Numbered from the stretch's first letter, positions 32,270 through 42,852 are shown. The stretch is 64,000 bases of DNA from Spirochaetia bacterium (GCA_965140585.1 OZ223269.1:896001-960000), one strand, 5' to 3'. Notes: generated by a model not told the origin, from the letters alone. A program made the numbers and translations.

Positions 32270-33082
32270 ATGACTGAAATATATTATTTTACAGGAACAG
32301 GTTTTACTTTAAAATGTGCAAAATTATTAAAACAATATATAGATGATAAAGTGGAACTAATACCAATTATTTCACTGAAGGAAGTGGAAAAAATTGAATG
32401 TGAATCAGATAATGTCGGATTTTTGTTTCCAATGCATTCATTTGATATACCCCCAATATATAAAGAATTTATTAAGAAATTCCACTGTCCAAAAGCAAAA
32501 TATATATTTTCATTAGTAACGTGTGGAGGAGCCCCTGTAAATGTTTTCAGAACAATAAGTAGACAGTTGAAAAAAGATAAAAAAGACTTAGATGCTTATA
32601 ATTTTATAGTTGCTCCAAATACATTTGATCCAGTTTTTAAAGTTTTAGTTGATAATAGTGTAAAAAATGAAAGAAAAAAAATAGAGGAAAAAGTCAAAGA
32701 ATTTGCACAGATAATAAACGAAAGAAAAATATCAAGAAAATTATCTTATAGAAATTACTTGATAGAATATACGATATTCCCGATTATTCGAATCCTAAAC
32801 CATCTTACAAAATATTATAAATTAGAAAAGGCTTTTTACACAGATGAATCATGTATTTCTTGTGGTAAATGTATAAGCATATGTCCAGTCCAAAAAATTA
32901 AGTTTAAAAATAATCAACCATATTGGGATGAAAATGTTAACTGTGTTTTTTGTTTAGCTTGTTTCCATAGATGTCCAACAGAATCGATACAAATAAGACA
33001 AACAAAATCAAAACAACTAAAACGAATATATCCAGAAGATATAAAAATAGAAGAATTGATAAAACAAAATACATATGAATAA
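32270..33082 (+). CDS. Cassette 8: EFR1-type flavodoxin-ferredoxin fusion
   Basis: YYFTGTG flavodoxin start; CISCGKCISICP and CVFCLACFHRCP. Confidence 0.85.
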   Translation: MTEIYYFTGTGFTLKCAKLLKQYIDDKVELIPIISLKEVEKIECESDNVGFLFPMHSFDIPPIYKEFIKKFHCPKAKYIFSLVTCGGAPVNVFRTISRQLKKDKKDLDAYNFIVAPNTFDPVFKVLVDNSVKNERKKIEEKVKEFAQIINERKISRKLSYRNYLIEYTIFPIIRILNHLTKYYKLEKAFYTDESCISCGKCISICPVQKIKFKNNQPYWDENVNCVFCLACFHRCPTESIQIRQTKSKQLKRIYPEDIKIEELIKQNTYE

Positions 33083-33103
33083 TTTATCGGTTATAATATA
33101 GCG

Positions 33104-33243
33104 GCATAACAAGAGAAATGCAGTAGTCAAAACCTTTGACACGGTTTTTGCAGAGAAGTAGGGTAGAGGTAAAAAGCTATGCAAAAACGCGCGCCAACCC
33201 TCGAAGACTCGGGACGTTTTCGCTACTGATTTCGTCGTTATGT
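33104..33243 (+). repeat. attC 8 (compensatory variant)
   Basis: GCATAAC...GAAATGCAGTAG...CTACTGATTTC...GTTATGT. Confidence 0.9.
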
Positions 33244-33357
33244 GGATATAAGAAATAAATATAAAAATGATAAAATAGTTCTGGAGATGAAAAATGAAAA
33301 AAGGGTTATATCAGTGGTCTTCTTCCGAAACAAGTAAAACTTAAAGAAAAAGTATGG

Positions 33358-34224
33358 TTGAAAAAAGATGAAATATTATTGGAAAAGAAAAATGATGAAA
33401 TAATTGCGTATCTTATTGGAGATGAAAAATTACAGTTTGATGATAATAATAAAATAATTCCATATTTATGGATGTCCTGTCTTATAACAAATAATACTCC
33501 AAATTTAAAAAGTTGTGGTGGAGCTTTAATAGAATCGGTTGAAAAGCTTGGAACAAAATCCATATTGTATGGTTCATTATTAGAGATAATACCAGAAGAA
33601 GCAGTCAATGAGATCGAAAAATACACTGGGGAATTTATTAAATTTATTGGAGATTTACACGATAAATATATTTTATTAATTGAGGAAAATGACTTTTTAA
33701 AGATTTCCTTAAAATATTTTTATGAAGCAGAAAAGAAAAATGTAAATTCTGATGAAGGTTTTATAGATTCAATAACATGTTTAGAAGCCCTGTTTAATGA
33801 AAGCTCAAATGATATTAAATATAAATTATCACATCGAGCAGGATTCTTATTAGGATTATTTAAATATAATTCTATAGAAGTATATGAGAAATTAAAGAAA
33901 TTTTATAATGATAGGAGTAATTTGGTTCATGGAAATGGTGCTTTGAAGTATGAGAAAGATAGATATCTTATTGAAGAATATACAAGAAGCGCAATCATTA
34001 TTTTTCTTATCCTTTTGTCGAATGATAAAAGAAAAGAAGATATTAAGAAAAAAGACAGAAAAAATCAGATATTAAAAGAAATAGATCATGCAATGCTTGA
34101 CTATGAAAAAAGTAATAACTTAAAGAAAGAGATTGATATTGGTATTGAAGATTTCAAATTAAATATACCAAGGGTTTTTGAAGGGAAAGGTAAAAAAGGT
34201 AATTATTATATACACGCATGGTAA
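33358..34224 (+). CDS. Cassette 9: HEPN (ApeA-like) domain protein; probable true start at 33294 is out of frame by one A
   Basis: ITCLEALF...KLSHR...FYNDRSNLVHG RxxxxH motif. Confidence 0.72.
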   Translation: MKKDEILLEKKNDEIIAYLIGDEKLQFDDNNKIIPYLWMSCLITNNTPNLKSCGGALIESVEKLGTKSILYGSLLEIIPEEAVNEIEKYTGEFIKFIGDLHDKYILLIEENDFLKISLKYFYEAEKKNVNSDEGFIDSITCLEALFNESSNDIKYKLSHRAGFLLGLFKYNSIEVYEKLKKFYNDRSNLVHGNGALKYEKDRYLIEEYTRSAIIIFLILLSNDKRKEDIKKKDRKNQILKEIDHAMLDYEKSNNLKKEIDIGIEDFKLNIPRVFEGKGKKGNYYIHAW

Positions 34225-34228
34225 AACC

Positions 34229-34367
34229 ACATAACAAAAGATTTGGAGTAGTCAAAATTTATTGTCACGATTCTGGCTAAAGACGTTCGGGCAATGGCCC
34301 TCACTCCAGAATCGCGCCAATTCGGCGAAGACGCCGATCAATTTTGCTACTCAAATCGTCGTTATAC
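34229..34367 (+). repeat. attC 9
   Basis: ACATAAC...GTTATAC. Confidence 0.93.
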
Positions 34368-34475
34368 GGAATATCGTGTATCTTTATAGCCTTATCCTGA
34401 AATTGGGGCGTAATTGGGGTGAATTTATGGATTCAATCTCAAGAATTGTTTTCATATCTTTGATTGATTAAATAG

Positions 34476-34510
34476 TTGACGTACGTTAATAAGTACTATA
34501 TATTGTACAT
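34476..34510 (+). promoter_or_regulatory. sigma70-like promoter with GTAC operator repeats, probably leaderless
   Basis: TTGACG-17bp-TATATT, ATG 6 nt later; three GTAC motifs including TGTACA. Confidence 0.6.
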
Positions 34511-34765
34511 ATGGAAGCTGTTAATTATTCAGATCTAAGACGAAATTTAAAGGCTCATATGGATCAAGTTTATCAGGATCACGAACCTCTTATTATTACA
34601 AGAAAAGATAATGAGAATTTAGTGATGATTTCATTAGATGATTACAATAGTCTTACAGAGACACAATACTTATTATCATCTAAGAAAAATTCTGAACATT
34701 TGATGAAATCACTTGAATCAGCTAGGGCTGGTAAGACTCTTAAAAAAGAATTAATTGTAGAATGA
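34511..34765 (+). CDS. yefM: Cassette 10: YefM antitoxin
   Basis: NYSDLRRNLK...DHEPLIITR...SLDDYNSLTETQYLL. Confidence 0.9.
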   Translation: MEAVNYSDLRRNLKAHMDQVYQDHEPLIITRKDNENLVMISLDDYNSLTETQYLLSSKKNSEHLMKSLESARAGKTLKKELIVE

Positions 34766-35016
34766 ATTTACTATTTACGCCTGAATCCTGGGATGATTAT
34801 CTATTCTGGCAGAAGAATGATAAAAAGAATTTAAGAAGAATTAATGAATTAATAAAAGATATTAGACGAAATCCATTTGAAGGAATTGGTAAACCTGAAC
34901 CATTAAAATATCAACTGCAAGGATGTTGGTCTCGTAGAATCGATCAAGAACATCGTCTTGTATATGAAGTAGAAGAAAAATTTATAAGAATCATTGCATG
35001 TCGATACCATTATTGA
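34762..35016 (+). CDS. yoeB: Cassette 10: YoeB toxin
   Basis: WDDYLFWQ...PFEGIGKPEPLK...WSRRIDQEHRLVY...CRYHY. Confidence 0.93.
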   Translation: MNLLFTPESWDDYLFWQKNDKKNLRRINELIKDIRRNPFEGIGKPEPLKYQLQGCWSRRIDQEHRLVYEVEEKFIRIIACRYHY

Positions 35017-35141
35017 ATGATGCTTTCTTGTTTCAGAATATCTATTATAAATAAGAAATATTAGAAATTTAAGAATATAAGATATCTGGATATTAAAAGA
35101 ATAAAAGCTCCTGTAAACCTTAAAACCATTGTAAAATATCC

Positions 35142-35273
35142 GTATAACAAATGAAATGCAGTAGTCAAAACCTTTGACACGGTTCTGGCAGAGACACTCG
35201 CTTAGCGCTCGTTCCAGAACCGCGCCAAGCCTCGAAGACTCGGCCGGTTTCGCTACTGATTTCGTCGTTATGC
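35142..35273 (+). repeat. attC 10
   Basis: GTATAAC...GTTATGC. Confidence 0.92.
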
Positions 35274-35300
35274 GGACGCCTCCGGCGCCTAAGGAAGAAA

Positions 35301-36344
35301 ATGAAGAAAAGGAAAGTAGTCCTAATAGTGATTACTGTAATTGTGCTAATTTTATTGGTTATAGAAATACTCCCAAATAAAACCACAGTTGAGAGCACAA
35401 CTGATGGTATATATCTCCTAAAAGAGATGAATCTGGTAGGATTGAAGCAATCTATCCTGATAAGAGGAGAAAATAGATCAAACCCAGTAATAATCTTTCT
35501 ACATGGAGGGCCAGGATTCGCTAGTATAAGTTATATAAAGAAATTTCAGAAAGAAATTGAAAAACATTATGTAGTAGTAAATTGGGATCAGAGGGGAGCA
35601 GGGAAGTCATTTTCATTATTTATTGATAAAAATACAATGACAGAAGAACAAATTTTAAATGATCTTGATCAATTAGTAGATTATTTAAGTAAAGAATTTG
35701 ATAAGGAAAAAATATATATAGTAGGACATTCATGGGGAACAATATTAGGAAAGGACTATGTTCAAAAACATCCAGAAAAAGTTGAATATTATGTAGCCAT
35801 TGGAGAATATGTATCAAGCAATGAATCAGATAAGTATTCTTATGAATATTTACTAAAAGAATCTGAAGCAAATAATGATAAGAAGACATTAGAAAATCTG
35901 AAAGAAATTGGAAAACCTCCTTATGGGGATAATATAAGAAAACAACGGAAATTTAGAAAAATTATTAATGAATATGATGGAAATGAGATAATCGTAAATA
36001 TAAATAAAGAAATGTTAAAAGGCGCAATAACAGAACCAGAATATTCAATAATTGATCTTCTGAAATTGACTATAGGCAATTACTATTCCATCTATCATTT
36101 ATTTAATGAATATGAGGATAGAGATTTTAGAGAAGAAAATTTGGAATTTAATGTTCCAATACTATTTATATTAGGAAAGAAAGACCTTGTCACAAATAGT
36201 CTATTAGCAGAAGAATATTTTGAAGAAATAGAAAGTAAAAATAAGAAATTAATATGGTTTGAAAAATCTGGTCATGATCCACAATATGAAGAATTAGCCA
36301 GATTCAATGATATTCTAATAGGTTTATTAGAACGAACCGATTAA
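35301..36344 (+). CDS. Cassette 11: alpha/beta hydrolase (proline iminopeptidase-like) with N-terminal anchor
   Basis: HGGPG, WDQRGAGKS, GHSWG, D, SGH. Confidence 0.88.
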   Translation: MKKRKVVLIVITVIVLILLVIEILPNKTTVESTTDGIYLLKEMNLVGLKQSILIRGENRSNPVIIFLHGGPGFASISYIKKFQKEIEKHYVVVNWDQRGAGKSFSLFIDKNTMTEEQILNDLDQLVDYLSKEFDKEKIYIVGHSWGTILGKDYVQKHPEKVEYYVAIGEYVSSNESDKYSYEYLLKESEANNDKKTLENLKEIGKPPYGDNIRKQRKFRKIINEYDGNEIIVNINKEMLKGAITEPEYSIIDLLKLTIGNYYSIYHLFNEYEDRDFREENLEFNVPILFILGKKDLVTNSLLAEEYFEEIESKNKKLIWFEKSGHDPQYEELARFNDILIGLLERTD

Positions 36345-36353
36345 TGGGAATTC

Positions 36354-36491
36354 GCATAACATGAGATTTGGAGTAGTCAAAATCTTTGTCACAGTTCTGG
36401 CGGAGACACTTCGCGCTGATCGCGCTGCGTTCCAGAACTGCGCCAAGCCTCGAAGACTCGGCCGATTTTGCTACTCAAATCGTCGTTATGT
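36354..36491 (+). repeat. attC 11
   Basis: GCATAAC...GTTATGT. Confidence 0.93.
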
Positions 36492-36530
36492 TCACAAAAA
36501 TTGGGAATTTATTAAATCCGAGGGATTTAA

Positions 36531-36794
36531 ATGAGTAAATTCAGAACCACTGAAAGCCATCAAAAGGGCTACCAAGGACTGCGATGGTTTGAGATACACA
36601 ATGATAAGATTTATCCTACAGTTTCTAATCCAGACGGATGGAGTAGTATGTCATGGTACGAAATTAAGGGTGATAAGATATATCCTTCCATTAGTCATCC
36701 TAAAGTGTGGTCAGGCTTACCTTGGTTTGAAATAAAAGAAAATAAGATAAATTGTACTGTGAGCCATTCAGATGGCACGGTCACCTTGGTATAA
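36531..36794 (+). CDS. Cassette 12: small protein with ~23-aa W[FY]EI..[DN]KI repeats
   Basis: GAGG RBS; three internal repeats. Confidence 0.6.
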   Translation: MSKFRTTESHQKGYQGLRWFEIHNDKIYPTVSNPDGWSSMSWYEIKGDKIYPSISHPKVWSGLPWFEIKENKINCTVSHSDGTVTLV

Positions 36795-36868
36795 AAATTA
36801 TTAGATAACAATTTTTTTAGAAATATAAATTGTGATGTGATCAGTGATTAGAAATTAAGAGGTTATTT

Positions 36869-37516
36869 ATGGAAGAAATAAATAGAATAGAATTATCTGA
36901 ATTAGATTATAAAAAATATTTAAATAAATTGAGTCAGATTAATATTAAAGTTAATAGATTATTATATAAAGTAAGTTTGGAGGAATACTATGGAGCTATA
37001 TTTTCTAAGATTATTTTAATAAGATTAATAATTACTTTTAAAAATGTAAAAACGTTTATTCTCAAAGAATTAGCGATAGAATCTTTTGTATTAATGCGCT
37101 TCATTCAAGAACAGAGATGTTATTCGTATAGCTTATTAGATGTAAAAAATGATGAAGATATTAAAAAAATATCTATAACAAAGAGTATAAATAAGTTCAA
37201 AGAAAGATTCTTAATAAATGGTCAATTTTATGGAGAATTAACAAGATATGTCCATTTGGATATACATGAAATTGGTTTTTATACATCACTAGATGAAAAG
37301 ACTGAGAATATAATGAATGTAGATTTAAATCATAATGACTCGGAAATTAATTATAAGATGTTCGATAGTTTCTATGTTTTAACATTGTTTTATCTTGATC
37401 TTGTACAATATATTTTAGAACTTGAGAATAAAGATGATTCATCTATACGAAAAATTGAAAAATATAATAGTGAAATTTATGATGTATTCAGAAAGGTATT
37501 TCAGAATGAAAATTAG
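36869..37516 (+). CDS. Cassette 12: hypothetical protein
   Basis: GAGG RBS; 215 aa; ends at attC. Confidence 0.65.
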   Translation: MEEINRIELSELDYKKYLNKLSQINIKVNRLLYKVSLEEYYGAIFSKIILIRLIITFKNVKTFILKELAIESFVLMRFIQEQRCYSYSLLDVKNDEDIKKISITKSINKFKERFLINGQFYGELTRYVHLDIHEIGFYTSLDEKTENIMNVDLNHNDSEINYKMFDSFYVLTLFYLDLVQYILELENKDDSSIRKIEKYNSEIYDVFRKVFQNEN

Positions 37517-37517
37517 A

Positions 37518-37655
37518 ACATAACAAGAGATTTGGAGTAGTCAAAACCTTTGTCACAGTTCTGGCGGAGACACTCCGCGCTGATCGCGCTGCGTTCCAGA
37601 ACTGCGCCAAGCCTCGAAGACTCGGCCGATTTTGCTACTCAAATCGTCGTTATAT
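37518..37655 (+). repeat. attC 12
   Basis: ACATAAC...GTTATAT. Confidence 0.93.
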
Positions 37656-37773
37656 GCACGAATTTAGATATTGTAAAAATATTAGATATATGTGAATTTT
37701 GGGTGTAAAATAATAAAATAAAGTCGTGTTCCGATAAGAATTTAAATAGATGTTCATCATCTAAGCGTTGATT

Positions 37774-37797
37774 TCCTCGGCCATCCATGGCCTCGGA
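37774..37797 (+). other. Hairpin with ATCCAT loop upstream of the RT
   Basis: TCC-tc-GGCC ATCCAT GGCC-tc-GGA. Confidence 0.6.
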
Positions 37798-37812
37798 GCA
37801 AAGGAATAAAAA

Positions 37813-39408
37813 ATGGATTACGATAAAGCAATTAATCTTGCAATATCAAATACATTAAAAGAAGGTTTAAACGATACCTTTCCACGCCCATTTGAAGTTG
37901 ATTTACTCAAAAATACAGTATTTCAAAAAAAAATTTTTGATGTAATTAAAAAATCATTAAATGGGAATTCTTTTGAAAGTATGGGAGTAAATAACATTTC
38001 ACATGTGTTGTTTCCTAAAAACACAGCTTTTGATTTTAGACGATGTGCACTGATACAGCCTATGGATCTTATAAAATACAATGCAATCATAATATCTCTT
38101 GCTGATGAAATAGAAAAGAAAAGAATTCCAATATCAAAAAAGAACATTTTTTCTTATCGATTTAAACCTGAAAAAGGATATTTGTTCAATAGGAATTATC
38201 ATATAACCTCCTTTCAGAAGCAAGTACGAGAAGTTGCAAAGAAAAAAAGAGTAAATTTCGTCGTTTCATGTGATATAGCTAATTTTTATGATAGATTAAA
38301 CTTGCATCGCCTAGAAAATTCATTACTTTCAATTGGATGTGATAAGAATAAAGTTAAAACTATAAACGAACTACTTCTATTTTGGTCAAATAGAGATTCT
38401 TATGGACTTCCTGTTGGGTCAAATGGGAGCAGAATATTAGCTGAAGCGAGTTTAATTGGTATAGATAATTTTCTTAAAGATAATAATATCGAATTTATAA
38501 GATTTGTTGATGATTTTAGACTATTTGCTCCTGATACAACAACTGCGCATTATTGGTTAACACTTTTAATTGAAAGACTTTGGAGAGAAGGTTTAAATAT
38601 AAGCAAAAGTAAAACAAAAATAGAAGCAACTTCAAAAATTAAAGAAGATAACGTGGAAAAAAATAAGACTTCACCAGAAAAAAGAAAGGATAAAAATCCA
38701 TTTATAATAATAGCTGGGTATGGTGGAACTGTTCCAACTAGATTTAGAGAGATTTCTAAAAGGGAAATTGAACAATTAACAAAAATAAATTTAGAAGAAC
38801 TTATAAAGGATATTTCTGAATCTGATTTTATAAATTCTGATAGATTAATGGAATTGATAAAAATCATTGTAATAAAGAAACGATTTGATCTACTGGAAAA
38901 GACAATTAAATCGTTGCCAAAATATCCGCAAATGACTCCATATTTGATAGATGCTATAATTAAAAATATAGATATTATACCAAAGGAAATAATAAAAGCA
39001 GTGAAGGATATATTTTCTGAAAAAATAATATCACAGAAATATATACCTGAATATTTAGCTATATCATATATAAGGTTGCTTGGGTGTGTACCGTTTTATA
39101 ATAAAGAGATTATTTTAAAATATTTTAGGGAATTACAAAAGAATTCAGGTGATTATATAGGAAGGGTCACCCTCGAAGCTTTAAATGTTGATTTGACACG
39201 GGAAGATGTAATTGAATTAAAAAGCTATTATGATAAGTGTGATTTATGGGAAAAAAGACAGATTATTAGATTAATAAATAAATTCTTAAATGATGAAGAA
39301 AAAAGACCTTGGATTAAAAATCTAAGATATATAGAAAAAGATAATCTGTTTATAAATGAAACAATAAGTCCGTCAGAAAAACCACGAAAGAAGAAAAAAA
39401 AGAAGTAA
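37813..39408 (+). CDS. Cassette 13: reverse transcriptase, UG/Abi/DRT-like, with helical C-terminal domain
   Basis: PK...FRR, SYRF, CDIANFYD, GLPVGSNGSRILAE, FIRFVDDFRLF, GLNISKSKT. Confidence 0.88.
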   Translation: MDYDKAINLAISNTLKEGLNDTFPRPFEVDLLKNTVFQKKIFDVIKKSLNGNSFESMGVNNISHVLFPKNTAFDFRRCALIQPMDLIKYNAIIISLADEIEKKRIPISKKNIFSYRFKPEKGYLFNRNYHITSFQKQVREVAKKKRVNFVVSCDIANFYDRLNLHRLENSLLSIGCDKNKVKTINELLLFWSNRDSYGLPVGSNGSRILAEASLIGIDNFLKDNNIEFIRFVDDFRLFAPDTTTAHYWLTLLIERLWREGLNISKSKTKIEATSKIKEDNVEKNKTSPEKRKDKNPFIIIAGYGGTVPTRFREISKREIEQLTKINLEELIKDISESDFINSDRLMELIKIIVIKKRFDLLEKTIKSLPKYPQMTPYLIDAIIKNIDIIPKEIIKAVKDIFSEKIISQKYIPEYLAISYIRLLGCVPFYNKEIILKYFRELQKNSGDYIGRVTLEALNVDLTREDVIELKSYYDKCDLWEKRQIIRLINKFLNDEEKRPWIKNLRYIEKDNLFINETISPSEKPRKKKKKK

Positions 39409-39437
39409 TCCTAAAGTCCGTCCATGGACTTTAGGAT
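39408..39437 (+). other. 12-bp hairpin with GTCCAT loop directly after the RT stop
   Basis: ATCCTAAAGTCC GTCCAT GGACTTTAGGAT. Confidence 0.7.
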
Positions 39438-39461
39438 ATTTATTGGAAAAGAAAGAGTTGC

Positions 39462-39599
39462 ATATAACAAAAGATTTGGAGTAGTCAAAATCTTTGTCAC
39501 AGTTCTGGCGGAGACACTCCGCGCTGATCGCGCTACGTTCCAGAACTGCGCCAAGCCTCGAAGACTCGGCCGATTTTGCTACTCAAATCGTCGTTAAAT
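39462..39599 (+). repeat. attC 13
   Basis: ATATAAC...GTTAAAT. Confidence 0.93.
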
Positions 39600-39670
39600 A
39601 CACAAAAAGTAATTCTTATAGTATCATATGAATATAAAATATATAATTTACTACAATTGGAAGAGATTAG

Positions 39671-39925
39671 ATGAGTGGAGCTGGAACAAATTTAGGGATA
39701 GAATACCAACAAAGAGTATCTGCGTGGTTCTTAGTCCAGTTATACCTTTCAACTGGTATTAATCTTTTTTTTAGAAACTTTAATGATAATTTTGTACCAA
39801 TAGAACTACAATATGAATCTGATAATGCAGTTGATGATTTAAATATTATAGGAAGTGATTATACACTTTTTGCGCAAATAAAACGAAATTTAGCAATGTC
39901 ATCTAATAAGAAAAGTGATTTTTAA
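39671..39925 (+). pseudogene. Cassette 14: truncated N-terminal Cap4/Mrr-like nuclease domain
   Basis: GIEYQ...E...VDDL...FAQIK PD-(D/E)xK-type pattern; stops at 84 aa next to a compositional junction. Confidence 0.55.
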
Positions 39926-39981
39926 ACTGAGCACGGAATGTCAGGTTTTTCGGTTTTTGATACCTTATCTTATTACAAACC

Positions 39982-40902
39982 ATGATGCTTATGAATGAAA
40001 AAGATTTCCGGTATCACCGGCGGCTACAGAATGCAATAGATTATATCGAAGCTCATCTTCATGTGGATTTATCATTGCAGGAGGTGGCAATGCAGGCCAA
40101 CACTTCAATTTTTCACTTCCACAGACTCTTCCGGGCCTTTATGGGCCGGTCTCTGGCGGAGTATATAAGGGAACGCAGGCTATATTATGCGGCTCGAGAT
40201 CTGGTGGAAACCAAAAAAAGCATTTTTGATATTGCATTTGAATATGGATATTCCAGCGGGGAAAGCTTCCTTCGGGCTTTCAAGTCTCAATACGGTCAAA
40301 CCCCGCGGCGTTTTCGAAAGATACGAAATCTCCCTCCCTTCATGAGCATGGTTAATTTAATGGACGGCAACCATCATGGTGCCAAAGGAAGGTTAATCAT
40401 GAATCCAAAAATCAAGGTGCTAGATTCTCTGCGGATAATCGGTACACGCATTCAAACCAGTCATAGTTCCTGTCATGAAGATGTTTCCGACCTATGGAAA
40501 GATATCCATAGCAAGGCAAGTACAGGATTACACGACGAACTCAGCAGTGTAGATGCCATATACAGCGTTTGTTACGGCTCTTGCAATGGCTGCAGTTGTA
40601 CCGGAAATACTCACTCGGGAAGTGAAAATTTTGCTTTTTTTATCGGATATCAGGCACAGAAAGAAAAAGAATTGCCTGCCGGTACTTTCGAAACGACAAT
40701 TCACGGAGGAACCTATGCACTGTTCAGCCTCAAAATTAGTGAGATGCAACAGACAATGGATCAAATATATTCTCAATGGCTTCCTAAATCCGGGTATGAG
40801 CTGGATCACTACCCTATAATTGAAAGATATGGAAAGGACTGGCAGGAGAAAAAAGAGGGTATTATGGAAATATGGTTGCCCCTCAAAGTAGAAGCCTCAT
40901 GA
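39982..40902 (+). CDS. AraC regulator with GyrI-like effector domain
   Basis: AIDYIEAHL...FHFHRLF...IAFEYGYSSGESFLRAFK; C-terminal IYSQWLPKSGYE...EIWLP. Confidence 0.9.
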   Translation: MMLMNEKDFRYHRRLQNAIDYIEAHLHVDLSLQEVAMQANTSIFHFHRLFRAFMGRSLAEYIRERRLYYAARDLVETKKSIFDIAFEYGYSSGESFLRAFKSQYGQTPRRFRKIRNLPPFMSMVNLMDGNHHGAKGRLIMNPKIKVLDSLRIIGTRIQTSHSSCHEDVSDLWKDIHSKASTGLHDELSSVDAIYSVCYGSCNGCSCTGNTHSGSENFAFFIGYQAQKEKELPAGTFETTIHGGTYALFSLKISEMQQTMDQIYSQWLPKSGYELDHYPIIERYGKDWQEKKEGIMEIWLPLKVEAS

Positions 40903-42021
40903 AGAATCAACCTACAATACTGCTTTTTATAATCGGATTCTTTCTATTTTGGGTGAACTGTAGTGTCCTACATGCTTTGCTTCGGTCTGTTCACTCTATT
41001 TTTTGGTCCCCTGGGTGATAGGTTCGGCAAAACCAGAATACTGAAGCTGGCGGCAATGGGTTCTGCTGTTGCAAGTTTGGCTTCAGCCTTTTCTCCAAAT
41101 CTGAATGTAATTATTGTTATCCGGGCAATTAACGGTGCTTTTTCTGCCGGGGTTATGCCGATTTCAATGGCTTATATCGGAGAAACATCTCCTCAACATG
41201 AAATGCACAGCCGAATCGGCAAGGTTATGGGGCTGATGTTCCTGGGAAGCGCCCTGGCCACGGTAATCGGCGGAACAGTATCCCAGCTGGGTTCCTGGAG
41301 AATGGTATATTTGGTATACGGATTTGCGGAGTTGCTGTTAGTAATTCCTCTTTTCCTTCTGTTGCCTACTGACTCAACAGTAAAAAACAGCTCTATAGGG
41401 TCAGGATACAAAGAATTGCTTCGAACCCCGGGGTTCCTGAAAACTGTCGGTTTACTGTTTTTTATCGGCTTTTCTACCCTAGGTACTTTCGCATACCTGG
41501 GAGAGTACCTTCGTCAGCTCACCGGTTACGGTCTGATTCGGATCGGGTGGATTTTGGGAGCCTACGGAATCGGAACACTCTTAGGCGGAAGAATAGCGGC
41601 AGAATTACGCATGAAAATCGGCAAAGCCTTTTATTTTCTTGCTGGTTTAACGGGCGGAATAGGCTTCACATTCATATCCTTCAGCAGTACTTCTGCATAC
41701 ATCGCGGTGGCAGGATTATTTTTGGCAGGCTTAGCCTTCATCAGCCTGCAATCTTCCATTGTTTTTCAAGCACAGAATCTTGCACCGATGCGTAGAGGAG
41801 CTGTAATGTCAGCCGCTTCTTTTACAATGGTAACCAGTGCAGCCTTGGGAACATTTCTAAACGGAAAAATATTTGCCATAATGTCGGACGGCCTGCTCTA
41901 TTGTGCCGCCGGGGCTTTCTTAACCGCCGGTCTGCTGGCAACCCTAGTTTTATTATTTCGTAAACCCGGGGGGCAGAACAGACCCTCATCAATAGAATCA
42001 CATACTTCATTGAAAACATGA
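40899..42021 (+). pseudogene. MFS transporter with N-terminal deletion/frameshift
   Basis: Coupled ATG at 40899 (MKNQPTILLFIIGFFLFWVN) is in a different frame from the MFS body (GPLGDRFGK motif A) starting near 40963. Confidence 0.65.
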
Positions 42022-42211
42022 TTTGTTAACCGGCAGTCTTCACAAAAGGCTACCGGATTTTTATTTTATAGATATTTAGGTGAAAACTGCCAGTAATTCA
42101 ATGCCATGAAGAGACTGGAAGTTGGAATCTTTCTTACATGAAAGAAAAACACTGAGAACAATAACAATTTACAATCAAATTCCTCATATTATATTATTAA
42201 TTTTAATAAAA

Positions 42212-42739
42212 TTATTTTCTCCTTTTTGCAAAAACTTCCTGGTTCATTTTCCAAGTTTTCGTTTTATCATTAGTAACAAACGCTTCCCATTTAAATGATT
42301 CATCAGTTATATCTTTAAAAACCCATCTTGAGATTTTGCCTTTATCAATAAATGGTATTTCATCTTGAACTATCTCATCATTTTCTACAGTAACTTTAAA
42401 TACGTTGAACTGCGAAAGTATTGGTCCAAACCAAAATGCTTTTATATTGTTTTCTTTAAAATCATAGACTCTGATTGTCGTCCCATACTCACCTTCCGGA
42501 TATTTATCCGTTTTTCGGAGTTCTCTTAATGGACATATCCAATTATCTTGAATAACACGCCCTTCCAAAATCCATGTAAAAATCCATTCACCTGGAACTG
42601 TCCAAGTTGAGCCATCATCCTCATGTCCCACCCAATCAAAATTCCAGTTGCCAATTAGCGGAGCATATGGACGTAATTTCTCCTGATATTGTTCATGAAC
42701 ATTATCAGCTAGTAAGGACTTTATAAATGTGTTTATCAT
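42212..42739 (-). CDS. Hypothetical protein (beta-barrel-like)
   Basis: AGGAG RBS before the ATG at 42739; LIGNWNFDW...GEWIFTWILEGRVIQD. Confidence 0.65.
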   Translation of the reverse strand: MINTFIKSLLADNVHEQYQEKLRPYAPLIGNWNFDWVGHEDDGSTWTVPGEWIFTWILEGRVIQDNWICPLRELRKTDKYPEGEYGTTIRVYDFKENNIKAFWFGPILSQFNVFKVTVENDEIVQDEIPFIDKGKISRWVFKDITDESFKWEAFVTNDKTKTWKMNQEVFAKRRK

Positions 42740-42852
42740 ATTTACTCCTATCGAATAAAAATCTATACAAGGTCTTTCATAGTTAGTAGCGAAGCACAGA
42801 TGCCGAATGTTCAAAATCGCAAAATAAAAAACTCTGATTTGGCACAATTCCC

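Noticed and set aside
37650-39593. RT as a group II intron (attC-targeting IIC), retron or DGR
   Set aside because: No room for intron domains I-VI and both neighbouring attC sites are intact; no VTG motif or a1/a2 repeats around an msr-msd; no TR/VR pair or avd gene.
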